DNA of 62,898 nucleotides, the filler included, from Craspedostauros australis (lineage: Eukaryota): NCBI GenBank assembly GCA_030167865.1. It is 5 parts of 5 records of this genome, joined end to end, with 100 filler letters (N's around TTAATTAATTAA, not from the genome) between each part and the next. Parts side by side here need not be neighbours in the genome. Positions count along the whole stretch, not along the records: positions 1 to 22,249 come from JALAGF010006063.1; 4 more parts are not named here. One strand, given 5' to 3'. The notes below the pieces were generated by a model. It had not been told where the DNA came from and did no database searches. It was given only the letters and a program-made list of their open reading frames with translations. The translations under genes were made by a program, and so were the position numbers. Shown here piece after piece: positions 1 through 11,052 of this stretch (its first letter is position 1; each line of letters begins with the position of its first letter).

Positions 1-1
1 G

Positions 2-992
2 AACCAAGAACTTGGGTCATCCAGGGCTATTGACAAGGAGCTGGTTGACCTCCTAAATGAGTCGCGTCCCTCCCTTGCTCATGTTCGGTCTTTTCGCGGG
101 CAACGCGAGCGGAGCGAGTCGTACGCGCTTGCCGTCCGCAACATGTGCCGCGGATGCTCGCAGCCTGTTCGCGTACACAAGGAGCTCCTCCCCATCCAAG
201 TGAGCGACAGATTTGAGATGACCCCCGACAATGCCATGCACGGGATCGACTTTCTGAACCCATCATTGAACATCAACGACCGCGAAAGCGATGTGCGCAC
301 TGATGCGCCTCTGCTCATTGTTCGCTTGGTGCCGGTGTACAGCACAAATCCTGTGACACACACAGCAAAAAACTTGGCACGCTACAGACGCAACCAAACA
401 ATGAACCATAACGTAGGAGTCACGAAGAGCGACGATGGCTTTTCTTCATCTGACAATGACGAGTTGTCGATGGTCCCCTCTGCTGCTCGTGCGCCACCTG
501 CTCGTGCGCCACCTGCTCGTGCGCCACCTGCTCGTGCTCGCCGAAGAACCCGATTTGGAGGATCTGCAAAGGTAAGTAAGTCCCTTCGAAAACAAAATCG
601 TTTGTTGTGCATGACTCGATCATTTTGACTCACGCATCTTTTTTCTTTTCCACCGCGCAGCCGACTCGTAAAAAAGCACTCATGTGGCTGTGAAGATGAC
701 GAAGACGGCTGCTCGTGCTTCGCGCCGTTCTGTTTCTCGCGGACACGCTCGTCGCGCTCCAGAACGTCCTGTTCCTTCCATCCCGGCTTCTCTCCAGATT
801 CCCTCAGCTGTTCCCTCCAGCGTCCGCCAACCACGAATCGCAAAAACCAGGCGCCGCAGACGTGCTCCAGAATTGATTGACCTGATCGCCGCTAGCGATA
901 GCGACAGCGAAAGCGAGGACGAATACGAATACGAAGAAGAGGAGAACTTCGACAAAGACGAAGACGAAGACGAAAGCACACAGACCGAGTAG
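2..992 (+). CDS. 3' part of an unidentified gene or gene relic, 5'-truncated by the window edge
   Basis: The frame is open from base 2 (NQELGSSRAIDKELVDLL...) to a GTAAGT donor at 572, with a pyrimidine-rich CAG acceptor at 660. Splicing there gives an early stop, while a basic-then-acidic ORF (684..992) lies in another frame, so the structure is unresolved. No family recognised. Confidence 0.35.
483..540 (+). repeat. 15-bp tandem repeat (CTGCTCGTGCGCCAC, about 3.7 copies) encoding ARAPP units
   Basis: Directly visible in the sequence and in the translation ARAPPARAPPARAPPARA. Confidence 0.9.
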
Positions 993-1436
993 ATGACCCC
1001 CAAAACACACACAAACAACAATAACACATTTAGCGAATACATGGATTAGCCGTGATCAAACAATGCTGATGGGATGACTATGGTAGTACCTTCTATCCAA
1101 TGGACGTGACAGACACGGACTACTTGGACTACTGATGGAGTCCCATAGGAAAACGACGCCAAAAACGTATTTACCGCGCTTCCCATGAAGCATCCGCAAG
1201 GAATCAACAGAACAACCCTGCAAGCTTGGTTGTGTGTTGGGGGTCAGATCGCAATCTCTCCCATGCGCAAAAACGCTGCAAAACAGCAACAAATGGACAA
1301 CAGCGCCAACGGAACGATGAATCCATCCAAAAGATCATAATTAAGAAACAGCAAAGGAACAGCACCAATAGCAACAGCAACAGCAACAACAACACAAACA
1401 CCCTCGTTCAACTCACAACCAACGTATTATACAAAG

Positions 1437-4400
1437 ATGCAATCCAACAACACCCAAGCCAACGATCCAAGCGCATGGCAACACAACAGAGCGGCGCCGC
1501 CAGCAGCGCCCAACAACGCGGCGAGGGACCCGTCCTTCGCCGAACCCTACACCAATCCTCCTGCTGGAGATGACACCCCTTCGGTGGACGAAACACTGGC
1601 GCAAGCCATGGGACGGCTGTCTGTGCAACAGAAATCCACCATCGGCGAGGAGATCATGGGCAACGTTGGGGTTCCTCCCGAAAATCCACAACACATGAAC
1701 CTCCTGTTGCAGCAACTGTGTGGACGATTGCAGTCCATCAGGCACAAACCAGCCTTTGACCTTGCTATGCAACAGAATCCTGCCTTCGTGAATAGTCCGC
1801 AATTCCTTCGCATGTTTTTGCGCGCAGAAAGGTACAACGTCAACCACGCAGCAGACCGACTTGTGCGGCACTTCGAAGCCAAGCGAGAGCTCTGGGGTGA
1901 TGCCAAGCTCACCAAGAGGATCACCATGGACGACTTCACCGCAGAAGAGAAACAGTTCTTCACCAAGAATGGCGACAGCATCCAAATGTTGTCAATACGG
2001 GATCATGCGGGAAGAGCCGTGTTCTTCTCCCACGAAGGAGAGAACGCAAAGCGCCTCGTGGACCAGAATCCTGAGATACACAACGTAAGTTCCACACCTC
2101 TGCATCAGTCAATGTCTCCGATGTCCATCGGTGGACGATGTCTGTGAAGCTCGTGTGCTTGGCTCGTAACAGGTGTTGCAATACTAGCACGTGCATCCGC
2201 CAACGCGAAGTGCAGTTGGCATGTATTCTGATGTAGGTATGCAAGTCAATCCGCTGCTCACCCCATCTTTCCATCACTTCCTCCGACTCTGCTCCAACCC
2301 TGCTCCAATCCTGCTGCATTCGTTCGTACCCTCCTCTCTCCCCATTCCACAGATCCGATTTCTGTGGTACCTTATCATGGCACACATCGAAGACGATGAT
2401 GAAACACAGATCAATGGAATTGTGTACGTGGGATATGGAGTGGACTCCACACCCAAAGGAACCAAAGCCGAGTTCAACGTATGGTGGGCGGGATGCAAGG
2501 CTGCCAACGCCATGCCCGTCCGAATTACAGGCTTCCACTACTGCTACCAGGGACCCCTGATGAAACCGTTGGTCAGCCTCGTGGCGTGGGGCCTGAGTCC
2601 CATCACTCGTTGCCGGATCCAAGCAGTCTGCGGTAAGTCAATCCACCCATGCATGCCTACATGTATTCATGTATGTATGCTTTAGCGTTCAACCATTCGC
2701 GTAGAGTTCGAACAGGCATCCGTTCGATTAAAGCGCAACCAAGTTCTCATCTTTCTGCACGTTTCAAGCACACCTTCACTCACCGATCGTTCTTTGTTCG
2801 TTTGTTCGTGCTGTCCCTGCTGTTTGCTTTCAAATCGACATCACATCGCAGGAAACCATGCCAAATGCGTCAAGCACTTGAAGACGTTTGGCATCCCTGT
2901 GCACGTCCTTCCCCTCGACGAGGACTACGCCGCATCATTCAAGCAGAGAGGCCAAAGCAAGAAGAAGTACCTTCCCATGAAGCTCAATCGTAAGGAATTC
3001 GAGAAGTTCCTGAGGCGCCGCAAGCAGGTTGAAGGGTATCCGATGGAGTACGCTCGCCGCATCGAGCTGCTGACAATTACCGACGTCATTGTTGGAAAGG
3101 GACAGAACCATCAGAAGCATCACGGAAACCTCGAATTCGGCAGGCTTGTGACTGAGAGCGTGACAAGATTGGGCGCGGGGCGAAGCAACAAGGAGAAGGC
3201 TGATATTGGCATGAAGGTGGCCATTCAGATGAGACAGAACGGCATCCGATTCGTCCAACAGGTGGAAAAGTGTGGGATCTGGTGGCTTGCCAACTGGCAA
3301 GCTGTCGAGAACAAAGTTCGGAATCTTACAAATCGCATCAAGATCAAGGCCAACAAGAACGAGGGCGAGGGCAAGGAGGATGATGGTTCAACCAGCGTTG
3401 CTTCCAAGAGAGCGAGAAGCATGCCACCACATCCTGGCTCATCACCAACTGCAGACAATCTTGAGACTGCCGGCATTCCCGTTGCCAACGAAGATGAGGA
3501 CGAAGGCGACGAAGGGCGCGTCGCCACCACGAGCAGCCACCAAACCAGTACGGGCAGCGACCAAGATGCCAAACCAGCCGCCAAACGAAGAGCGACACCG
3601 GCAAGCGCACCCGCAACAGTTCCGGCTCCCGCTGTATCGTCGCCAGCGATGCAAGCAGGAGCCGTTGACGATGACGAAGTGCAAGTTGTCCAAGTCACCC
3701 GGGCCCCCACTTCCATGCAGCTCACTACTTCTGCTGCCGGTGCCATTGCCCTACAAGCATGGACTCTAACGCCATACGGAGCCGTGCCTTCTCCCAATTT
3801 CCCTCAATATCCGGCTCAAGCACGAGCTCCAATCTTTGCCGCCTACCAACAAGCGGCAATCCAAGGAAGAGGCGTGCAGATGGGTCAGGTTGGAATGCCA
3901 ACAGGCATCATCCCGAACGCCCCGCAGCTGCCGCAGAACCTGCAAGCACAACAGGCGAGACCCAACCTACAGGCGTTTGGTCAGCCGCAGCAGCTCCTGG
4001 CAGGTCCAGCCAGTGGCCTCCCGAATGGCACCATGCCTCAGAATGGTGGCTTTCAGGGCACTGGTGCCGTCCCGTTCCAGACTAGTATCGCGGGAGGGAA
4101 CATGGTCGGTGGAATGCCGGTGCCAATCAATCCAAATGCGGCTCATCCGCGAGATCCAACCTTTGCCGCCTACCAACAAGCCGCAATCCAAGGAAGAGGC
4201 GTGCAGATGGGTCAGGCTGGAATGTCAGCAGGCATCGCCCCCAACGCCCCGCAGCTGCCGCAGAACCTGCAAGCGCAACAGGCGAGACCCAACCTACAGG
4301 CGTTTGGTCAGCCGCAGCAGCTCCTGGCAGGTCCAGTCAGTGGCCTCCCCAATTTCACCATGCCTCAGAACCTTGGCTTTCGGGGCACTGGTGCCGTCCC

Positions 4401-5109
4401 GTTCCAGACTAGTATCGCGGGAGGGAACGTGGTCGGTGGAATGCCGGTGCCAACCAATCTATATGCGGCTTGTCCGCGAGATCCAACTTTTGCCGCCTAC
4501 CAACAAGCGTCAATCCAAGGAAGAGGCGTGCAGATGGGTCAGACTGGAATGCCAACAGGCATCATCCCGAACCCCGCGCAGCTGCCACAGAACCGGCAAG
4601 CGCAACAGGCGAGACTCAACCAACAGGTGTTTGGTCAGCCGCAGCAGCTCCCGACATCTCCAGCCGGTGGCCTCCCGAATGGCACCATGCCTCAGAACGT
4701 TGGCTTTCAGGGCGCTGCTGCAGTCCCGTTCCAGACTAGTATCGCGGGAGGGAACATGGTCGGTGGAATGACGGTGCGAACCAATCCAAATGCAGCTTCG
4801 GTCGCGCAACCGAATCCGGCCGCAGCCGCTGCTCCCAATACCTTCATGATGCCAGCGAATGCCGAGACCGTTCCCAACCTCATGGCAGGAGGTGTCGGCG
4901 GAGCGATAGCATTCAACCAAGAACTGCGAAGGTGCTTGTCCGACGACCAAATTGGCGATTTTGTCTGGGTAGACGAGACGCGCCAGGATAGCTCGCCGGT
5001 GGCCGTTGAAATGGCTGCACGGATAGAAGACCGCCAACACGAAGTTGGTGGCAAGCCGACTCCCGGACCCCCACGGAATGAAGACAATTCCCCCTTGCCT
5101 TGGAGGTAA
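1437..5109 (+). CDS. CRAL-TRIO/Sec14-like + DUF6824-like protein with a repetitive Q/P/G-rich tail; exons 1437-2084, 2353-2632, 2852-5109
   Basis: Two GTAAGT...CAG introns (2085-2352 phase 0; 2633-2851 phase 1) join three ORFs in frame. Motifs FLRMFLRAERYNVNHAADRLVRHFEAKRELWG, IRDHAGRAV, GNHAKCVKHLKTFGIP and DVIVGKGQNHQKHHGNLEFGRLV match the diatom-expanded CRAL-TRIO-like/DUF6824 family as I recall it. Confidence 0.85.
3825..4797 (+). repeat. Three tandem 327-bp (109-codon) intragenic repeats
   Basis: TTTGCCGCCTACCAACAAGC starts at 3835, 4162 and 4489 (period 327). The copies are highly similar at DNA level. Confidence 0.95.
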
Positions 5110-7567
5110 CCAGGGCAAGACAATTCACCGCAAGCAATTGTGAGTGCGATACAGAGCAAGTCTCCGCACGTGGGAGCACTGGATGGATACGACCTACACT
5201 TGGTCTGCTGTATGCCAACCACTCCTTCAGGTTCGTGCGATCGTAGAGCTCGTACCGATGCCATAGTCGTACTCATAGCCGTACGACCAACTATGGCACT
5301 CCACAAACATACATACAATTCACACACATTCATGTACCATGCGACAGCATGTGCACAGCTCATAGATAAACAGTTATGGAATAGCTTGCAGCGTGTTCTC
5401 AGGTGCGACTTATAATACGATCTAGTCATTGAGCAACATCCATGCCTGCGCCTCGTGCCTCATCCAGACAAGTCCAATCACCCAGACATGACCGAGAGGG
5501 ACGGAGCCGAGGACGATCCACAAGGATGTATTCGTACGATCCATGGAGGTGCGATCTATTCGTGGTTTGCCGTCCTGTCGAACGGCTCACACTCATGCTG
5601 GTGTCTCTGCAGCGAAAAGCGAAGCTGTCGTTGGGGATTGCGATGATAGCAATGACATTGACACAAGAGGTGCCTAGTAGTAGATTGTGAGGAACCGTGG
5701 CTCAAGTAGCTCGCTGCCGTCTCCTTTCCATCAACGTGCGCGGCGATCGCAAGGGGAGCGCAATGATCGCAGAGCAGAGCGGAGTAGAGCAGAGTCGGGC
5801 ATTACATACTCGTATGCTTGCCCGTATTCGTGGTTCCTTTCAACCTGTTCCATACGAACTCCCAATACTCAACTCGTAGAATAGATGGTCCAACACCGGT
5901 TAAAATGCTGGGCAAGAATACATCAGATCCCACCCTCTGTGGATAACTATCGCACTCGCAGAGTGCAGACGTGAATGATTCCATCCAACTCAGTGGCTCG
6001 CATCGCATGAGTCCAACAATGCAGCACGCCACATTCCAGAGTGAGACAATCGCACAAGCGTGGGCGGCTCAGGCTCACATTTTCTGGTCTCTTCTGGCTG
6101 TGCTGATGTGCGACACGTGCGTACTCCAAGTTTATTGCATGGGTTCATGGAGAACACCGCAATTTGGCGATACGCCGATGCGCGCGAGTGTCGAAGGTGA
6201 CGATTTGCTCGTGGATAATAGCACGACAAATCGTGTCCGCGCGCTGATCGTAATACGCCCCTGCCCATAGCACGACTTTGCTCGTATTGCACCCATTGGT
6301 ATCGTGGTCACTCTACTCGTGTTGTATTCGTCCTTTCTGCCATGTGAGTTTGTCAACGACATTGATGCTGGCAGCACGTGAATGGTTGGAGGTGACAACA
6401 GAAGGCGCAAGCGAAGAGAGACAACGAGCATTTATCAAACGCCTTCGACGATGTCACCCACGAGGGCCGGCGAAGTCGGGGATGCCGTCTTTCCAGTGTG
6501 GAGCGGGTTTCGCCCCGTTGAACCCGCTGTTGTGACAAAAACCAAGAGTGAATGATGTTTAGGTAATCTGGTCCATGACCATAGATGGGGCGAATAAAAC
6601 GGGCAAATTGACATTTTGCTATTTGGCATGATGTGAATGGATAGATGATACATGGACCCAGTCATTGGTGGTTGTGACATTTCATGGTCATCAAGTGCGG
6701 CACTCACACCTATCCTTGACATAATCTAGAATGCCATACGAAGATCCCAAGAAGGAACGCATTTATGTCGACAAGAATTTCGGCGCAGAAACGAAGCGTG
6801 AAGGTTAATTGTGAATCGGGTTCCGGGAAGCGAGCGATACCAATCTAGCAACAGACAGGCAACTGATACATGTGGGAGCCTAAGCCCCGAGAGCGAAACG
6901 TAAGTGGGCGGTTCAAGCGGTATGGATGCGCTTTCCGATTCGGACAGACATCACGACGAAGAAGCGTGCCAGGACAAGATCACGGGCTTTCGCAACCAGT
7001 CGTTGTTGCTTTGCTGTTCGTGTTCGTGGTGGTGACAGAACACGAGGAGGCGCCGATACCGCTCACACTCGTGGACTGCTGGTACTCCGGCTACGAGGAG
7101 GTTGCGTCTTGCCACCCTTGGCACAAGCTGCCAACACGGGGCACAACAACACGACCAACAATAAGACCAGCGACAGGTTCCGCATTGGGGCAGCGCCGAG
7201 GGCGTACAGGAACAATGTTTACGAGGTAGCAGCGCGGGAACAGCCGTGACGCTGTTCGGTCAACCCCGCAGTCAAGGCGGGATAGCACTGTCGCCAGTGC
7301 GTCCTTCAGTGCGCAAGCGCGCGACACAGCGCATGGTTTTGTGCGTGTTGCTATCGTGGTTTCGCCGCAACAAGACCAACACTTGACAAGACCAGCCTTC
7401 GAGGAACGGCACCAAGAAATACGGATACTGGGACGGTGAGACAGACGGCGAGACAGAGGAGGACAAAGCCCGCAAACATCCAAGGCTGCACGATCTGTTC
7501 TGTTCATTCCAAGGGGGAGAGGCATCAGCATCGGCATCGTCGTCGCCATCGTCATCATCATCCACTG

Positions 7568-7708
7568 CAACAACAACAACAGCAGCAATAGCAACAAAAA
7601 CAACAACAATTATAACAACAAGACCATCTTGATCAACACCAACAACATCGACAACATCAACAACAACATCGACAACACCATCAACAACAACGACAACATC
7701 GACAACCT
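7568..7708 (+). repeat. Degenerate (CAA)n microsatellite upstream of the 8204 gene
   Basis: Runs of caacaacaac and caacatcgacaac. Confidence 0.8.
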
Positions 7709-8203
7709 CAGAAACTGTATCTCCGTCTCCGTCTCTCTACCTCTCCGCCTCGCTCTTTTCGCTTTCCGACACATCAGCAACAACATCGCCACAAAGCAGA
7801 AGGCAGAACGTAGAACGTAGAACACGGAAAGCCAACACTGCACAGGCATCAAGCGTGGATCACAGACAGAGCCATCGTCGCCGTTCTTGGAAGCAGAGTC
7901 CGCAGAGAGTCGAGCAGAGCAGACTAGTCACCTTTCGCAGCAGCAACCCACACTTCCTCACTCACTCACGAACGCAGCAGCAGGTACAAACACAAACACA
8001 AATACAACGCGGGCAGCTTGTACAAGTACAAAGGCAACAGCATCACCAGGATCAATCTCGGCATCAATCTTTCGCAATCGAGTCCACCCTCCACGCTTTC
8101 GCGCCTCCAGCTCGTCTTGCCATAACTCCTCACACATTACCAACGGCAACAGCAGCAATACCAACAGCAGCAGCAGTAGCAACAATAGGCAACAGGAAGC
8201 ACC

Positions 8204-10552
8204 ATGGCGTCCCTCCTCGAAAGCACGATAGAGCAGCAGAACTCGCTCGCCAAGATGGACGAGATCAGACAGAGGGTGCATGCGCGGCGCAGACAGCAGC
8301 AGAGCCGCCAGACGCAGCAGAAGACCAGGAAGAAGGAGCGCAAAACGTCTGTCCTGTCCAGCCTCGACTTCTGGGAGTCCGACTCGTCTCTCAAGACCGC
8401 GATTGATGGTGCTGCTGCTGTTGCGGAGGCCCAAGACGTCATCGATGGCAGCAGCCGCAGCAACAGCCGTGGCAACAGCAACAGCCACACCCACAGCAAC
8501 AACGGACGCCCTCCTGCCAGACGCAAGGGCACCACCAAGAAGGTCAGGTGCAAGAGCACCAGAGCCAGCTGGAGTCCGGATGTCAGGCATTCCGCATCAC
8601 GCTCCTCGCAGCAACAACAACAACAACAGCAGCCTACCATGCTGGGGCTAGCCAGTCCGGACGAATGCAACGACGCTGACTCCAGCTCGCAGCACGGCAT
8701 GATCCACAGCGCGCCACTTGCCCCACCCTCGGATAACCAGACGCAGCGCAAGCTTCCCGGTCGATACTCGCGTCGTGGATCCGTCATCAAGACTGCCCGA
8801 ACCACGGACGACATCAGCCTGCAGCCCCGCGCGCGCCTCTCCATGGCCTCCACGGCTTCCACGGCCAGCGACGATTGCACGGTCTCCTCCATCGACACCT
8901 CCGGCTCCAATCACTCCAGGCATTCCACGCACTCCAATCACTCCACGCACTCCGCACCTGCAGCACCCAGACGATCGCGAGGATCGAGGTCGCAACGTCG
9001 CGGATCCATGGTGGGCAGCATGAGCACGGATATGGTCACGCCGGGAGCCAAGAAGCCCACTGACAACGCACCATCCCAGCCACCTACTTCTTCGTCAATG
9101 CACAAGCGCATGTCCTCGAGGCAGAGACCGCCGAGGGCCTTGTCCAGGGCAAGCCCAGCAGCGGCGGCGGAGGCCGCTGCATCCGACGTCCCACCGCCGC
9201 CGCCTCCGCTGTGCATCGACCAGGCACCAATCGGATCGCTGCTGCCATCGCCGGAGCTGCGCCGCAGACGACCCAACAGACGCACCGACGGCAGCAAGTG
9301 CGCCATCCGAAGCTCCTCGTGCCACGCCACAGTGTCTCGACCATCAACATCCTCCGTGTCATCGTCAACGCCGAGCGCGTCCAAAGCCCCAGCGTCGCAG
9401 GACTTGCGGTCTCCCCAACCATCCAAGGCCACCACCTCCAGATCGAAGCCAAAGTCACGTTTCTCACTCAGCAAACTCTCCAGCCTCCCCACCGTCAGCC
9501 CAACCCCGGGCTGCTCGGGAGGCCGAGCCGACAGTTTTCGATCCCAACGCCCCTCTTGTCCATCCTACGCGTCGCCCTCCAAGCAGGGCCAGCTCAGGCC
9601 TGGGACAGATGACGGGACCGTCTCCACCGCGGAGATGTCCATCACCGACACCTCCATGATCTCGGGAGATTCCTTGTCGTCCGCCTGCAGTAGCGGCGAG
9701 CACCTCGTCGTGTCTCCCGTCACCAACGGCAACAGCGACACAGACACCGCCAACACCAAGAAGCCCCGCGCTTCGCGTTCCACCGAGATGCCGTCCCTCA
9801 GCGCGCACGGCCGCCTCCAGGAGCACTCCAAGTGTTCCAAGTCCACCAGGAGCTCCCGCACCCAGAGGAAGTCCTCCAGGAAGAAGCGCAACGCCAACCG
9901 CTCGGTCAGGTTCGGTTTCGCCATGGTGCAGGAGTACCCGATCATGCTAGGCGACAACCCCTCCGTGACGGCCGGAGCGCCTCTCACCATCGGCTGGGTC
10001 CCCATCTCGTCATACGACATCAACGTCGACCTGCATCAGCACATGAAGAAGAACAAGAAGAAGCAGGGCAAGGATTCGCACAAGAAGTCGTCGTCCAAGA
10101 GAAAGAGCCAGGATTCGCCGTCCGCCGACATTAACACCGCCCCGGTAGCGGAAGCACCAAGCAACTCCGCCACAACCACCGCAGCAACCGCGGTGGTCCC
10201 CGTCAACGGAAGCACCACGGGATTGCCAAAGTCCACCAAGAGGCATCGCCACAACGCGCGCAAGGAGATGTACCTCTCCGAGCACGTCCGAGCCCAGATC
10301 CTCCTGCGCGCCGGATACTGCCTCGCCGACATTGTCGACGCCGGGTTGGAAGTCCAGCGCATCCAGAAGGAGCGCGCCGAGTCCCTGCGCAAGCAACAGT
10401 GGGAGATCGTGCGCGACGTCTTCTCCAAGGCCGGCAACGCCTTCTCCCGCATCCTGTCGGTCGACTCACACCTGCAGAACATCCTATACCCCAACAGGAT
10501 CAACACGCCCTCCAGTCCCACACCCACCAGCATGTGCCCGCAGATGGCATAG
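8204..10552 (+). CDS. Ser/Arg-rich, largely disordered protein with a conserved RSVRF...EY...LGDNPSV..G.PLTIGW domain
   Basis: 782-aa ORF with high-GC3 coding bias. The motif RSVRFGFAMVQEYPIMLGDNPSVTAGAPLTIGW and a later MYLSEHVRAQILLRAGY helix resemble a family of uncharacterised diatom proteins. Confidence 0.85.
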   Translation: MASLLESTIEQQNSLAKMDEIRQRVHARRRQQQSRQTQQKTRKKERKTSVLSSLDFWESDSSLKTAIDGAAAVAEAQDVIDGSSRSNSRGNSNSHTHSNNGRPPARRKGTTKKVRCKSTRASWSPDVRHSASRSSQQQQQQQQPTMLGLASPDECNDADSSSQHGMIHSAPLAPPSDNQTQRKLPGRYSRRGSVIKTARTTDDISLQPRARLSMASTASTASDDCTVSSIDTSGSNHSRHSTHSNHSTHSAPAAPRRSRGSRSQRRGSMVGSMSTDMVTPGAKKPTDNAPSQPPTSSSMHKRMSSRQRPPRALSRASPAAAAEAAASDVPPPPPPLCIDQAPIGSLLPSPELRRRRPNRRTDGSKCAIRSSSCHATVSRPSTSSVSSSTPSASKAPASQDLRSPQPSKATTSRSKPKSRFSLSKLSSLPTVSPTPGCSGGRADSFRSQRPSCPSYASPSKQGQLRPGTDDGTVSTAEMSITDTSMISGDSLSSACSSGEHLVVSPVTNGNSDTDTANTKKPRASRSTEMPSLSAHGRLQEHSKCSKSTRSSRTQRKSSRKKRNANRSVRFGFAMVQEYPIMLGDNPSVTAGAPLTIGWVPISSYDINVDLHQHMKKNKKKQGKDSHKKSSSKRKSQDSPSADINTAPVAEAPSNSATTTAATAVVPVNGSTTGLPKSTKRHRHNARKEMYLSEHVRAQILLRAGYCLADIVDAGLEVQRIQKERAESLRKQQWEIVRDVFSKAGNAFSRILSVDSHLQNILYPNRINTPSSPTPTSMCPQMA

Positions 10553-11052
10553 ATACAAGCATGCAACTTACGTTCATTATCTTTATAGAATATTATATCA
10601 CCATCGTCTTCGGTTGTTAAATCAATTCCCAGTCAAACGCAGTGCCATGCGTGCGTACATTGCTCTCCAATGGTGTCATGCTCTCGAGCCAGAATGGTTC
10701 ACTCGCGCGTGAGCGTACAGATACCACACCATGTCCTTGAAGGGTGAACGTGGTGTTTGCATCGTCGCAGGGCAACACGTTGATTGGTCATGTCCGTACT
10801 ATTACTGCGGCCAGTGATGCAGTGGAGCAGAACAAGGAAGAGAGGAGCACTTCGGCATGGCACAGCGGAGTGAAGTGGGAAACCATACATTATCGAAAAC
10901 GGATTACTCTACCACTGCTCATGCATGCACTAATGTATGTATGGATCCATGTACGTATGTATGCATGTACCCAAAGTCAACAAGGGGACGCACTCAACGG
11001 GACCGTCGCTACGGCGAGCCATGACAACAACACCGCCCGCGCTGAGACCAAG

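Noticed and set aside
3836..4771. 311-aa alternative-frame ORF over the 327-bp repeats
   Set aside because: One stop-free unit triplicated explains its length; no independent coding evidence.
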